Part shown: piece after piece, positions 53,042-63,610 of the stretch
Layout of the letters: each line of letters starts with the position of its first letter
How positions within the stretch are numbered: the stretch's first letter is position 1
From: Niveibacterium umoris
GTDB lineage: Bacteria > Pseudomonadota > Gammaproteobacteria > Burkholderiales > Rhodocyclaceae
Reading direction: 5' to 3'
DNA: 64,000 bases
Assembly (NCBI RefSeq): GCF_014197015.1
Contig: NZ_JACIET010000001.1
Location: 2,323,392 to 2,387,391 of the forward strand
Notes under the pieces: model-generated
Told to the model about the DNA's origin: nothing
Databases searched by the model: none
Seen by the model: the letters and a program-made list of their open reading frames with translations, nothing else
Position numbers and translations under genes: made by a program

Positions 53042-54214
53042 ATGAGCGCAATCCTCCCGCCCGCCACCCTGGGCATGCTTGGCGGTGGCCAGCTCGGCCG
53101 CTTCTTTGTGCTGGCCGCCCATGAAATGGGCTACAAGGTCTGGGTGCTCGACCCGGATCCCAACAGCCCGGCCGGCGTCGCCGCCGATCGCCACCTGAAA
53201 GCGGAGTTCGACGACTACGCCGCGCTGGATCAGCTGGCCGCCGGCTGCGCGGCAATCACCACCGAGTTCGAGAACGTGCCGGCCGGCACCCTCGACTACC
53301 TCGCCAAGTTCGTGCCGGTGCGCCCCTCGGCGGACGCCGTTGCGATCTGCCAGAACCGCGTTGCCGAGAAGACCTTTCTCGCGAACAACGGCATCCCGCA
53401 CGCCCCCTTCGCGCCGATCAATACGGAAGCCGATGTGCGCAACGCGCCGTCCGTGCTCTTCCCCGGCATCCTGAAGGTCGCCCGCTTCGGCTACGACGGC
53501 AAGGGCCAGGCGCGCGTCGCGAATCACGACGAAGCGCTCGCCGCCTTCCAGGCCTTCAAGGGCGAAGCCTGCGTGCTGGAGCAGATGCTCAAGCTCGACT
53601 ACGAAGTGTCGGTGGTGCTGGCGCGCGACGAGCACGGCAAGGTGAAGTGCTTCCCGACCGCTGAGAACGCGCACGCACGCGGCATCCTCGATGTATCGAT
53701 CGCACCGGCGCGCGCCTCCGGCTGCCAGCGCGATACCGCTGAAGAGCTGGCCGAGCGCATCGCCGAGCAGCTCGACTACATCGGCACCATGGCGGTCGAG
53801 TTCTTCGTTTCGCGTGGCGAGCTGTATGTGAACGAGATGGCGCCGCGCCCGCACAACAGCGGCCACTACACGATCGACGCCTGTGTCACCGACCAGTTCG
53901 AACAGCAGGTGCGCGCCCTGGTCGGCCTGCCGCTGGGTGACGCTCGCGCGCACAGCGCCGCGGTGATGGTGAACCTGCTTGGCGACATCTGGTACGACCC
54001 GACCCAACCCGGCCCGGATTCGCACGGCCACTACCGCGAGCCGGACTGGTCGCAGCTGCTCGCGATCCCGAACCTGAAGCTGCACCTGTACGGCAAGCAC
54101 CACGCCCGCCCCGGCCGCAAGATGGGCCACTTCACGGTGATCGACGCGGATCCGGCCAAGGCGGTCGCGACTGCCATGGCGGCGCGAACGGCCATCGGCA
54201 TCCGCGACGAGTAA
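53042..54214 (+). CDS. purK: N5-CAIR synthase (ATP-grasp)
   Basis: LGMLGGGQLGRF... ATP-grasp, immediately after purE. Confidence 0.9.
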   Translation: MSAILPPATLGMLGGGQLGRFFVLAAHEMGYKVWVLDPDPNSPAGVAADRHLKAEFDDYAALDQLAAGCAAITTEFENVPAGTLDYLAKFVPVRPSADAVAICQNRVAEKTFLANNGIPHAPFAPINTEADVRNAPSVLFPGILKVARFGYDGKGQARVANHDEALAAFQAFKGEACVLEQMLKLDYEVSVVLARDEHGKVKCFPTAENAHARGILDVSIAPARASGCQRDTAEELAERIAEQLDYIGTMAVEFFVSRGELYVNEMAPRPHNSGHYTIDACVTDQFEQQVRALVGLPLGDARAHSAAVMVNLLGDIWYDPTQPGPDSHGHYREPDWSQLLAIPNLKLHLYGKHHARPGRKMGHFTVIDADPAKAVATAMAARTAIGIRDE

Positions 54215-54230
54215 GCGGGACGCCCGAGCC

Positions 54231-55088
54231 ATGCTGCCCCGCGCGCTCAGCCGGATACTCGCGTGCGCGCTGCTCGCACCGGCAGGCGCATCACTCGCTG
54301 CGATGCAACCGAAGGAGGTGAGCATCCCGGCAGGCGGCAATGCGCCGGCCCTGCGCGCCTTCCTGTTCGAGCCGACCGGCGCTGGCGCCCACCCGGCGGT
54401 GCTGATGCTGCACGGCTGCGGCGGCGCCTACGCACGGAATGGCGAGCTGAACGCTCGCCACCAGATGTGGGGCGAGGCGCTCGCCGCGCGAGGCTATGTC
54501 GCCCTGATGCTCGACAGCTTCAGTACCCGCGGACTGCGCGAAATCTGCACGCAGAAATTCGCCGAACGCAGCATCCACCAGGCAGACCGTGTGGACGATG
54601 CAGTCCGCGCGCTGCGCTGGCTGCACGCGCAGCCGGGCATTGGCGGGCACGATGTCGGGCTGATCGGCTGGTCCAACGGCGGCGGCACGGTGCTCGACAC
54701 CATCACCGCACCGCTTCCGGGTGATACAGGCTTCACGGCAGCGGCCTCGTTCTATCCCGGATGCACGCCGCGCCTTGAACACGCCCACAGCTTCCATCCG
54801 ACCGCACCGACGCTGCTGCTGATCGGCGAAGCCGATGACTGGACACCCGCCGCGCCTTGCGTGGAACTGGCGAGCCTTCTCAAAGCGCGGGGCGAGCCAC
54901 TCGATCTCGTGACCTACCCGGACACCTTCCACGACTTCGACAACCCGGCGCTGAAGGCGCCGCATGTCCGCAGCGAAGTCCCCAACGGTGTTCATCCGGG
55001 CAAAGGCGTTACCGTGGCGCCCAATCCTGCCGCGCGAGAGGATGCGATGAAGCGCGTTTTCGACTTCTTCGCAATGCACCTGAAATGA
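54231..55088 (+). CDS. Dienelactone hydrolase-family protein (secreted)
   Basis: Signal peptide. HGCGG and GWSNGG nucleophile elbow. Confidence 0.8.
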   Translation: MLPRALSRILACALLAPAGASLAAMQPKEVSIPAGGNAPALRAFLFEPTGAGAHPAVLMLHGCGGAYARNGELNARHQMWGEALAARGYVALMLDSFSTRGLREICTQKFAERSIHQADRVDDAVRALRWLHAQPGIGGHDVGLIGWSNGGGTVLDTITAPLPGDTGFTAAASFYPGCTPRLEHAHSFHPTAPTLLLIGEADDWTPAAPCVELASLLKARGEPLDLVTYPDTFHDFDNPALKAPHVRSEVPNGVHPGKGVTVAPNPAAREDAMKRVFDFFAMHLK

Positions 55089-56095
55089 CCCGCATCCAGC
55101 AACCCACCGCCGTCACCATCACCCGTGCCGCAGCACTGCTGCGCGCGGGAGAACTCGTCGCACTGCCGACCGAGACGGTCTACGGCCTTGGCGCGGACGC
55201 CTCCAATCCCGACGCCGCGGCGCAGATCTTCGCCGCCAAGGGCCGCCCGGCGGACCATCCGCTGATCGTGCATCTGGCCGACGCGGCGTCACTGCCGGAC
55301 TGGGCGCGCGACATTCCGAAAGAGGCCATCGCACTCACCCGCGCCTTCTGGCCCGGCCCGCTGACGCTGATCCTGAAAAAGGAAGTCGATGTGCCCGACG
55401 TGGTGACCGGCGGGCAGGACACCGTTGGCTTGCGCGTGCCGGACCACCCAGTTGCGCTCGCGCTGCTGCGCGCCTTCGGCGGCGGCATTGCCGCCCCCTC
55501 GGCAAACCGTTTCGGCCGCATCAGCCCCACCACTGCACAGCACGTCGATGATGAACTTGGCGAACGGGTGGCGATGATCCTCGACGGCGGCGCCTGCGAT
55601 GTCGGCATCGAATCGACGATTCTCGATCTCTCGCGTCTCGACGAAGCGGGCGCCGTGATCCTGCGCCCCGGCACCATCGGCCCCGATGCGATCGCCGCGG
55701 TGATCGGCCGTCGCCCGACCATGCGCGCACCGGCCATGCCACATGCAGGGGATGCGCCACGCGTGTCCGGTTCGCTCGCCGCACACTATGCGCCGCGCAC
55801 GCCGCTCTCGCTGGTTGCCGCGGAAGCGCTGGAAGCGGCGCTTGCCGCCACCGGCCCCGACACCGCCGTGATCGCCCGTCGCCAAGCAAGCACAACGCCT
55901 CACCGCTCCTGGATCGAGGCCCCGGAAAACGCCGCCGGCTACGCCCACGACCTGTATGCCAACCTGCGTGCGCTAGACGCCATCGGCGCCACGCAAATCC
56001 TCGTCGAAGCCCCACCTGCACAAGCCGGCTGGGAAGCCGTCATCGACCGCCTCGGTCGCGCCGCTGTCGGCTCCGGCGAAGACGACGAGACCTGA
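55085..56095 (+). CDS. tsaC: L-threonylcarbamoyladenylate synthase (Sua5-type, YrdC domain + C-terminal Sua5 domain)
   Basis: ALPTETVYGLGADASNP...GIAAPSANRFGRISPT. 336 aa. ATGA overlap with the hydrolase gene. Confidence 0.85.
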   Translation: MTRIQQPTAVTITRAAALLRAGELVALPTETVYGLGADASNPDAAAQIFAAKGRPADHPLIVHLADAASLPDWARDIPKEAIALTRAFWPGPLTLILKKEVDVPDVVTGGQDTVGLRVPDHPVALALLRAFGGGIAAPSANRFGRISPTTAQHVDDELGERVAMILDGGACDVGIESTILDLSRLDEAGAVILRPGTIGPDAIAAVIGRRPTMRAPAMPHAGDAPRVSGSLAAHYAPRTPLSLVAAEALEAALAATGPDTAVIARRQASTTPHRSWIEAPENAAGYAHDLYANLRALDAIGATQILVEAPPAQAGWEAVIDRLGRAAVGSGEDDET

Positions 56096-56319
56096 ATCGC
56101 CGCGTGCCCGCAAGTACAGGTGCGCGGCACGCAGCCGACCGCCTACAATGCGGGACTTTCCATACTCCGCCGCATGGCCTGATGACCTGGGCCAGGCCAT
56201 GATCGATGTGTGATGTTTCTGCGAACACGAACCACCCCGCCACCCTGGGCGACGGCGCCGCTCATCTGACACTTGAGCCGCAGCAATCAAGCGGCGTTTC
56301 TCGCCGCGGGGCCTGAGCG

Positions 56320-57999
56320 ATGCGCATCCTGGTGCACTCCCATGTGGGTGAAGCCGCGCTCGCCAACAGTCTGGGCAAACCGGAATACAGCTACTTCTTC
56401 GTCTTGAAGCGCTTCCTGCCGGTGCTCGAAAGCCTCGGCGAAGTGGTGCGCATCGACGACCCGGAACGCGAAGTCGACGCACACTATCGTGCCGCGCGTG
56501 CGCAAGGCGAAGCGTGCATATTCCTGTCCTTCTCGCCGCCGAACAAGGCGCCAACCGGGTTGTCGTGCCCCACCCTGACGATATTCGCCTGGGAGTTCGA
56601 CACGCTGCCCAACGAGGCGTGGGACGGCAACCCGAAAGAAGACTGGCGCACGGTGCTGCGTGACCACCGCCGCGCCATCGTGTTGTCGACCCAGACTCGT
56701 GACGTCGTGCGCCGCGAACTGGGCGACGATTTCGCGGTAGCGGCCATTCCTGTCCCGGTCTTCAACCGCTTCGAACGCGCGCCGCGGGGCGTGCCCGAAG
56801 GCGAGCGCACGCTGCGCATCCGCGGTCGGATCATCGATAGTCGCGACTACGAGATCACGCCCGAACACTTTGCCAGCCGCGCGCCGATGGAACGCTTCTG
56901 CACCGAAGCGTGGTCCGGCGAACGGATCGAGTTGCACTTCGCGCGCGGCCAGGACGCATGTGGCTTCCTCGGTGGCTTCTATGCGCCCGAGCCATGGGGC
57001 ACCTGGTCACGCATCGCCGCGCCATGGATCATGCTGCCCTTTGCGCTGGAAGGCATCGTTCGCTTTTCGATCTGCGCCGGAGGGTATGGCTACAACGCAA
57101 ACCGGAAGATCGGGCTGCATATCGGCAACCAGACACACGAACTCACCTTGGGCACCGATTTCACGCCGGTCGCCTTCGATTTCTTCCTCGATGCTCGTAC
57201 GAACCTGATCCGTTTCAGTGATCTCGACACCCGATCGATCCCGGGTGCCGCGGATCCGCGCACCATGGGTCTGGGCCTGCGCTGGATCGGACTGGAGCGT
57301 CTGGATGGCCGCAACGATGCGCCGCCCAGCGGGCCGCCAACACTCGATACCACGCTCAACGGCGTGGTCTACACCTCGGTGTTGAATCCGGCTGACGGTC
57401 GCAAGAACTGGGGCGACATCGTCAAAGCCTTCTGCCTGGCGTTCCGCGAAGAACCGGACGCAACGCTGGTGCTGAAGATGACACATCACAGCATCGCGGC
57501 GTTCCTCGGACGCCTGCAGGATCTGCTGCACCGGGTGGGCCCTACGAAATGCCGCGTGCTCGCCTTGCACGGCTACCTCGACGACGCAGAGCTTGGGCAG
57601 TTGATGGATGCCACCACCTACTACGTGAATGCCTCGCACGGCGAGGGCCTGTGCATGCCGCTGATGGAATTCATGAGCGCAGGCGTGCCAGCCGTGGCGC
57701 CCTGCAATACCGCGATGGCCGACTACGTCACGCCGGCATCCACCTTCATCGTTCGATCCTCGCTCGAGCCAACGGTGTGGCCACACGATCCGCGCGATCT
57801 GTTCCGGACCTGTTACTACCGGATCGACCAAGAATCGCTGACGAATGCTTTTCTGGAAAGTTTCAAGGTCGCCCGCTCGCAACCACAGCGCTACCGTGCG
57901 ATGAGCCAAGCCGCCTGCGACGCACAGCGCCGCTTCAGCGCAGACGAAGTGGTCCGCCAGGCGCTGCACACCTTCCTGCAAAGGGAGTGCGGTGAATGA
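56320..57999 (+). CDS. Glycosyltransferase (GT4-like C-terminal domain), copy 1
   Basis: C-terminal motif ASHGEGLCMPLMEFMSAGVPAVAP. N-terminal half is paralogous to the next gene. Confidence 0.75.
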   Translation: MRILVHSHVGEAALANSLGKPEYSYFFVLKRFLPVLESLGEVVRIDDPEREVDAHYRAARAQGEACIFLSFSPPNKAPTGLSCPTLTIFAWEFDTLPNEAWDGNPKEDWRTVLRDHRRAIVLSTQTRDVVRRELGDDFAVAAIPVPVFNRFERAPRGVPEGERTLRIRGRIIDSRDYEITPEHFASRAPMERFCTEAWSGERIELHFARGQDACGFLGGFYAPEPWGTWSRIAAPWIMLPFALEGIVRFSICAGGYGYNANRKIGLHIGNQTHELTLGTDFTPVAFDFFLDARTNLIRFSDLDTRSIPGAADPRTMGLGLRWIGLERLDGRNDAPPSGPPTLDTTLNGVVYTSVLNPADGRKNWGDIVKAFCLAFREEPDATLVLKMTHHSIAAFLGRLQDLLHRVGPTKCRVLALHGYLDDAELGQLMDATTYYVNASHGEGLCMPLMEFMSAGVPAVAPCNTAMADYVTPASTFIVRSSLEPTVWPHDPRDLFRTCYYRIDQESLTNAFLESFKVARSQPQRYRAMSQAACDAQRRFSADEVVRQALHTFLQRECGE

Positions 58000-59351
58000 G
58001 CGCCAGCAAGCTGGTATTCCTGGTACACGCACCACAGCGCGGCGCCACCATCGAAAACGAAATGGGGCGCGCCGACTACAGCTACTACTTCGTGATGCGG
58101 CATTTCGTTCCGCTGCTGGAGCGACTCGGACAGGTCGAGCAGATTGACGACCCGGCTACCCAGGCGGACCCGCGCCATGACCAGATCACGGCAAACGGGG
58201 GGCAGGCCGTTTTACTGCTGTTCATGCCGCCCCATCGCGTACCAACAGGTATCCGCTGCCCGACGCTGCCGGTTTTCGCCTGGGAGTACAGCACGATACC
58301 GAACGAATCGTGGGGGGCGGATCCGCGCCAGAACTGGGCGGAGGTGTTGCGCTCGCTGCGCGGCTCGATCACGCATTCGCAGTTTGCGCTGGCGGCCGTA
58401 CGCGCAGCGTTGGGTCAGGAGCACGCGTCCTGCTCGCTGCCCGCACCGGTGTGGGATGCGTTTCTTGGGCGCGGAGCCCCCGGTTCGTTGCCGCGGCTCG
58501 ACGAGTGGTATCTGGACGTGGACGGCGTGGTGCTTGATTCCCGGTCGCTGGCACTGGAGCGACAGGGCGACGCAGCGTCACCGTCTTTCACGAAGTCCCC
58601 CTGCCGTGTGAGCCTGAGCGGCGTCGTTTACACCTCGGTGTTCAATCCGAACGACCAGCGAAAGAACTGGCACGACCTGCTGACCGCGTTTGTGTGGGCG
58701 TTCCGCGACGAACCGCAGGCCACGCTCTTGCTGAAGCTGGTGCACCACGATGCGGCCTTCGCCTGCGGGATGGTGCTTCATGAAATGCGCAAGCTCGCCC
58801 CCTACCAATGCCGGGTTGTCGCGCTCCACGGTTTTCTGGATGACGGCAACTATGCCCGGATGGTCCGTGGCACCCATTTCGTCGTCAACAGTTCGCGGGG
58901 CGAAGGGCAATGCCTGCCGCTGATGGAGTTCATGTCAGCCGGCAAGCCGGCCGTCGCGCCCGCCCACACTGCAATGACGGAGTACGTGAGCCCAAGAAAC
59001 AGCTTCGTCGTGCGTGCAACGCCGGAGTGGTCGCATTGGCCGCACGATCCGCGCATGGTCATGCGCTGTCATCGCTACCGGATTGATTGGGAATCGCTGC
59101 GTGACGCCTACCTGGCTAGCTGGCATCTCGCCCAGCAACAGCCTAGGCACTATGCCGCGATGTCAAGGAACGCGAGCAAGGCACTCGCACGCTATTGCGC
59201 CAGCGAGGTCGTGGTCGCCAACCTGCACGACTACCTGCGCGGCATCGGTTTTGCCCCCGCCGCGCTGCCGGTAGTCACCCGCATTCGCCACCGGATCGCT
59301 CGCATGCGCAACCTTGCAATGCGCGCCCTGCGCGGCCTGCGTTCCACATGA
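57996..59351 (+). CDS. Glycosyltransferase (GT4-like), copy 2, tandem paralogue
   Basis: SSRGEGQCLPLMEFMSAGKPAVAP. Shared N-terminal motifs (ADYSYYFV...PTGIRCPTLPVFAWEY...NESWG...RKNW). ATGA overlap with copy 1. Confidence 0.75.
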   Translation: MSASKLVFLVHAPQRGATIENEMGRADYSYYFVMRHFVPLLERLGQVEQIDDPATQADPRHDQITANGGQAVLLLFMPPHRVPTGIRCPTLPVFAWEYSTIPNESWGADPRQNWAEVLRSLRGSITHSQFALAAVRAALGQEHASCSLPAPVWDAFLGRGAPGSLPRLDEWYLDVDGVVLDSRSLALERQGDAASPSFTKSPCRVSLSGVVYTSVFNPNDQRKNWHDLLTAFVWAFRDEPQATLLLKLVHHDAAFACGMVLHEMRKLAPYQCRVVALHGFLDDGNYARMVRGTHFVVNSSRGEGQCLPLMEFMSAGKPAVAPAHTAMTEYVSPRNSFVVRATPEWSHWPHDPRMVMRCHRYRIDWESLRDAYLASWHLAQQQPRHYAAMSRNASKALARYCASEVVVANLHDYLRGIGFAPAALPVVTRIRHRIARMRNLAMRALRGLRST

Positions 59352-60451
59352 AGGCGCGCATCGACGACATCGAGGTCCTGCGTGGTATCGCGATCCTCTG
59401 CGTGCTGGTGCAACACATCCCGGATATTTTCCCGTGGTCCGTTTCCCCCTCTGACCCGCCGCGCCTGGGTTGGTGGGTCGGCGTCGACATCTTCTTTGCG
59501 GTGTCGGGCTACGTCATCGCTCGCCAGCTCTTGCCCGCACTGGCCGCTGCCGCAAACCCTGAGGCGCGCTGGTCGGTCATCCGCGCATTCTGGATCCGCC
59601 GCGCCTGGCGACTGCTCCCGGCAGCGTGGCTGTGGCTTGCGCTGATCCTCATGGCGGTCTGCCTTTTCAATGAAAGCGGCGTGTTCGGCGACTTGCAGAC
59701 CAACCTGGAAGCCACTGCCGCCGGGGTGTTCCAGTATGCGAATGTGCGCCTCGACCGCGTTTTCGGCGTCAAGCCCTATGGCGTCAGCTTTCCCTACTGG
59801 AGCCTGTCGCTCGAAGAACAGTTCTACCTCGTTCTTCCCTTGCTGGTTCTGCTATGCGGGCGGCGCCTGCTGTGGTTGCTTCTGCTGATCGTGCTGGTGC
59901 GATTCGCCATTGGCAACCTTGGCTCAGCGTTCCGTGTCGAGGGGCTGGCGCTGGGCGTGCTGGTCGCGATCGCGCAGCAGCACAATCGCCTGGCGGTTCC
60001 TGACTGGTTCGGGCGCTTGCCGCCATGGGTCAGGCTGGCGCTCATCCCGGCAGTCCTGTGGCCGATGCTGCTTCTCGGGAAAGTCACAGGCAGCAGCCCG
60101 CCACCCACCCAAGGCATCATTGCGTTGTTCGCCACCGCGCTGCTGGTGATCGCGGCCCAGGATCGAGGCCTTTTGCGCTTGCCTCGCCCATTGCACGGCG
60201 TCGTCCTGTGGTTCGGCAGCCGTTCTTATTCGCTCTACCTCGCGCAGATCCCGATCTTCTGGGCGACGCGCGAGTTGTGGTTCCGCGCCGGGGTAACGTC
60301 ACCCGGCAACGGCGACGCGCTGCGCTTTGGCATGACCGCATGCGTCTTGCTGATCGTGGCCGTGGAACTGAGCTGGCGCTTTGTCGAACAGCCGCTGCGG
60401 CGTTACGGCGCGGCGCTGGCCAGTCGGCACCTCGCTCCCTTCAAGGCCTGA
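59348..60451 (+). CDS. Acyltransferase family 3 (OafA/YrhL-type) membrane O-acyltransferase, copy 1
   Basis: LRGIAILCVLVQH...VGVDIFFAVSGYVIA...YWSLSLEEQFYL. Multi-TM. Confidence 0.8.
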   Translation: MKARIDDIEVLRGIAILCVLVQHIPDIFPWSVSPSDPPRLGWWVGVDIFFAVSGYVIARQLLPALAAAANPEARWSVIRAFWIRRAWRLLPAAWLWLALILMAVCLFNESGVFGDLQTNLEATAAGVFQYANVRLDRVFGVKPYGVSFPYWSLSLEEQFYLVLPLLVLLCGRRLLWLLLLIVLVRFAIGNLGSAFRVEGLALGVLVAIAQQHNRLAVPDWFGRLPPWVRLALIPAVLWPMLLLGKVTGSSPPPTQGIIALFATALLVIAAQDRGLLRLPRPLHGVVLWFGSRSYSLYLAQIPIFWATRELWFRAGVTSPGNGDALRFGMTACVLLIVAVELSWRFVEQPLRRYGAALASRHLAPFKA

Positions 60452-60460
60452 GGCGGCACG

Positions 60461-61570
60461 GTGGCACGACTCAACGCGGACATCGAACGGCTGCGGGGCA
60501 TTTCGATCCTGTTGGTCTTCGCGCAGCACCTGCCGCACCACCTCTTTGCCTGGAAGCCCTCTGCGCTGACGGTTGGCGGCTACGGGTTCTGGGTCGGCGT
60601 CGACATCTTCTTCGCCATTTCAGGCTTTGTCATCGCGCGCAGTCTGCTCCCGGATCTGGCGGGGTTCAAAGACCGGGCAAACCTTACCCGCACGCTGCTG
60701 GCGTTCTGGCTGCGCCGGGCGTGGCGCTTATGGCCCGCTGCCTGGCTATGGCTGCTTTTGCCATTGGCTGCTGCCGCGCTGTACAACCGCAGCGGCGTCT
60801 TCGGCAGCGTGACGGCCAATCTGAAAGCCACTGCCGCCGGCGTTCTGCAGATCGCCAATTTCCGCCTGGCCGACACTTTCTTGCGCAGCGAGTACGGCGT
60901 CACCGAGCACTACTGGAGCCTCTCACTGGAGGAGCAGTTCTACCTCGCGCTGCCGCTTGCGGCCTTGCTGTTTCGCAGCAAGCTCTGGCTCGCCCTTGCT
61001 GCGCTCTGCGCCGTCCGCGTCGCAGGTGGAGAATTGGCCTCGGTGTTCCGCATCGAAGGCATCGCGATCGGCGTACTCGTTGCCATCGCCATCGATCACC
61101 CCGTCGTTCGTCGCTTCAGGCTCAACGCACTTGGCCATCCCTGGCTGCGCTATCTGGTGCTCGGCTGCGTGCTCGGCGCGATGGTATTGCTTGGCGGCGT
61201 GGCAAGGCCGTATCTGGCGCAACCACAGCCCGTCATCACGCTGCTATGCGGGGCGCTCGTCTTCGTAGCCGCCTTCGACCAGAACTGCTGGCGCCTCCCG
61301 AACGTGGTCGATCGAATGACGCTGTGGGCGGGCAGTCGCTCCTACGCCCTCTATCTCGTCCATCTTCCGGTCTTCTACGCAGTACGCGAAACGCTGTTCC
61401 GGTTGGGCGTCAAACAGGATGCTTCGGCCCGCTACCTCCTCTCTGCGCTCGCCGCGGCAGCGACATGGTGCGCAGCAGAGGCAACCTGGCGATGGGTCGA
61501 ACAGCCCGCACGCAGCCATGGCCGCCGCGTCGCGGCACGCATCGGGACAAAGCAGCGTAGGCCCGGGTAG
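60461..61570 (+). CDS. Acyltransferase family 3 membrane O-acyltransferase, copy 2, tandem paralogue
   Basis: LRGISILLVFAQH...VGVDIFFAISGFVIA...YWSLSLEEQFYL. GTG start. Confidence 0.8.
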   Translation: MARLNADIERLRGISILLVFAQHLPHHLFAWKPSALTVGGYGFWVGVDIFFAISGFVIARSLLPDLAGFKDRANLTRTLLAFWLRRAWRLWPAAWLWLLLPLAAAALYNRSGVFGSVTANLKATAAGVLQIANFRLADTFLRSEYGVTEHYWSLSLEEQFYLALPLAALLFRSKLWLALAALCAVRVAGGELASVFRIEGIAIGVLVAIAIDHPVVRRFRLNALGHPWLRYLVLGCVLGAMVLLGGVARPYLAQPQPVITLLCGALVFVAAFDQNCWRLPNVVDRMTLWAGSRSYALYLVHLPVFYAVRETLFRLGVKQDASARYLLSALAAAATWCAAEATWRWVEQPARSHGRRVAARIGTKQRRPG

Positions 61571-61580
61571 CCCTGAGCAG

Positions 61581-62816
61581 TCAGTCCGAAGCGCGAATCC
61601 GCTCGATGTGCACTTCGGGCGCCAGCAACGCGACGCCAACGAAATCCGGATGCGCGCGATTCATCACATGAAACACCAGCGCGTGATCGCACCACTCGCA
61701 ACTCTCGTCGAGATGTGAATCGCCGACAGTGAGCGCGGTGCTCAGCGAATAGCTGCCCTTTCCGAGGTTCATGTTCAAGCGGATCCTCACATCGAAGCGC
61801 TCGCCGGCATGCACGTCGGCAATGGCTTGCCCGAGGCGGAAGGTGTTGATGCCATACACCGCCTGACCAAGCCGGTCCTTGATCAGGAATCCCAGCACGA
61901 GTTGCTCGAAGTCGCGGCGGGCCTCCACCGAAATCAGCAGCTCGACAGGCGCCCCGGTTTCGACGCCCTCGGTGGGCCGGCCCTCAGCATCGAGCAAGCG
62001 GATATCGACGACCTCGGCATCGCCCGAACCAGACCGCGTACGGACATGACCACTCTCGAGCTTTTCCTGCTTGATCAGCGCGTGGTCGATATCGGTCAGC
62101 AGCGCATGGTAGAAATCCAGCACCTCTTGCGGCGTACCGAACAGGGCCTGACGCCCTGCGTGGAGTAGCAATGCACGGTCACAGATGGTCTGGATCGCAT
62201 AGCGGTCGTGCGACACCACAAGGAGCGTTGTCCCCTGTTCGCGGAACTCCCGGATGCGCGAAAAGCTCTTGTGCTGGAAGTAGCTATCGCCCACCGAGAG
62301 CGCCTCATCGACGATCAGGATGTCGGGCCTTCGTGCAGTCGCTACGCTGAACGCCAGGCGCATCTGCATACCGCTGGAATAGATGCGAAAGGGCTGGTCG
62401 ATGTAGTCGCCGATCTCTGCGAAGGCCTCGATCTGCGGCATCAGCGCGTTGATTTCGTCGACCGTAAGGCCCATCAACTGTCCGGCCATGACGACGTTCT
62501 GCCGACCGGTGAAATCGTTGTGGAAGCCCATGCCCAGTTCGAGCAAGGCAGCCACCCGCCCACCGACTTCGACGCCTCCCGCGGTGGCGTGAGTGAGACC
62601 GGATATCAGCTTCAGCAGCGTGCTCTTGCCGGCACCGTTGAGCCCGACGATGCCAAGCGATTCTCCCGCCTGGATCTCGAAGTTGATGTCCTGCAATACC
62701 CAGCGCAGATCGTGCAGCTTCCCGCTCGCTGGCAACACCCACTCAGCGAGACGACTCCAGCGGGTGCGGTATTGCTTGTAGGCCTTGCCGAGGCCGCGGA
62801 CCCGAACGTGTCCCAT
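61581..62816 (-). CDS. wzt: Polysaccharide/O-antigen ABC transporter ATP-binding protein with C-terminal extension
   Basis: Walker A GLNGAGKST, signature YSSGMQMRL, Walker B ILIVDE. An extra C-terminal domain of about 160 aa follows the NBD. Confidence 0.88.
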   Translation of the reverse strand: MGHVRVRGLGKAYKQYRTRWSRLAEWVLPASGKLHDLRWVLQDINFEIQAGESLGIVGLNGAGKSTLLKLISGLTHATAGGVEVGGRVAALLELGMGFHNDFTGRQNVVMAGQLMGLTVDEINALMPQIEAFAEIGDYIDQPFRIYSSGMQMRLAFSVATARRPDILIVDEALSVGDSYFQHKSFSRIREFREQGTTLLVVSHDRYAIQTICDRALLLHAGRQALFGTPQEVLDFYHALLTDIDHALIKQEKLESGHVRTRSGSGDAEVVDIRLLDAEGRPTEGVETGAPVELLISVEARRDFEQLVLGFLIKDRLGQAVYGINTFRLGQAIADVHAGERFDVRIRLNMNLGKGSYSLSTALTVGDSHLDESCEWCDHALVFHVMNRAHPDFVGVALLAPEVHIERIRASD

Positions 62817-63610
62817 CAGAGTTCATCCACCATTTCACCGACGCGCTTGCGAAAGATCATCAGCGCAATGCCGCACAACACGAGGGCTGCGATCAGCACC
62901 GGTGCAAGCCCAAGCCAGTCGGGCGAATCGCCGACCACCAGCACCCCTTGGCATGCGCCGATCAGCCAGGTCATCGGATTGAGCAGAACCCACTTGCGCG
63001 CCCAGTCCGGAAGGATCGCGAGCGGATAGACGATTGGCGTGAACCAGAACCAGAACTGAAGGAACACGCCGACAAACTGACCGACATCTCGAAAGAACAC
63101 GTTTAGCACGCCGAACGTAACACCGAGGCCAGTGGCCAGCAGCACGATCGTCGCGAACACAGGGATCAGCGTGAAGAACACCCAGCCCGGGAAGTTTCCG
63201 GTCAGCAAGAGGAACGCGGTGAACAGCCCGAAAATGATGGCGAAGTTCAGGAGTGCGGTGCTCAGCACGATAGCGGGCAGACAGATGCGCGGGAAATTGA
63301 GTTTCTTGATCAGGTTTGCATGTTCAAGAAACACCGACGTGGCACGCGCAACAACTTCGGAAAACAGGCCCCAGGTCAGCACGCCAGCACACAGAAAGAT
63401 GCTGTAGCCAAAACTGTTGGAGACGCCCGGCAGCCGCGACTGCATCACCTGCGAAAAGATCACCGTATAGACGATGATCATCGCGAGCGGGTTGAGCACC
63501 GCCCAGCCGGCGCCGAGCAGCGAGTTCAGATACTTCGCCTGGAACTCGCGTTTGACGCTGCCGAAGACGAAGCCACGATAGGCCCACAGGGTGCGCAGCA
63601 GGTTGCTCAT
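62816..63610 (-). CDS. wzm: Polysaccharide/O-antigen ABC transporter permease
   Basis: ABC-2 type permease, 6 TM. 1-nt overlap with the wzt start. Confidence 0.88.
   Translation of the reverse strand: MSNLLRTLWAYRGFVFGSVKREFQAKYLNSLLGAGWAVLNPLAMIIVYTVIFSQVMQSRLPGVSNSFGYSIFLCAGVLTWGLFSEVVARATSVFLEHANLIKKLNFPRICLPAIVLSTALLNFAIIFGLFTAFLLLTGNFPGWVFFTLIPVFATIVLLATGLGVTFGVLNVFFRDVGQFVGVFLQFWFWFTPIVYPLAILPDWARKWVLLNPMTWLIGACQGVLVVGDSPDWLGLAPVLIAALVLCGIALMIFRKRVGEMVDEL

Noticed and set aside
52049-54340. 763-aa minus-strand ORF antisense to folD-purE-purK
   Set aside because: Same GC-rich artefact. The plus-strand products have canonical motifs.
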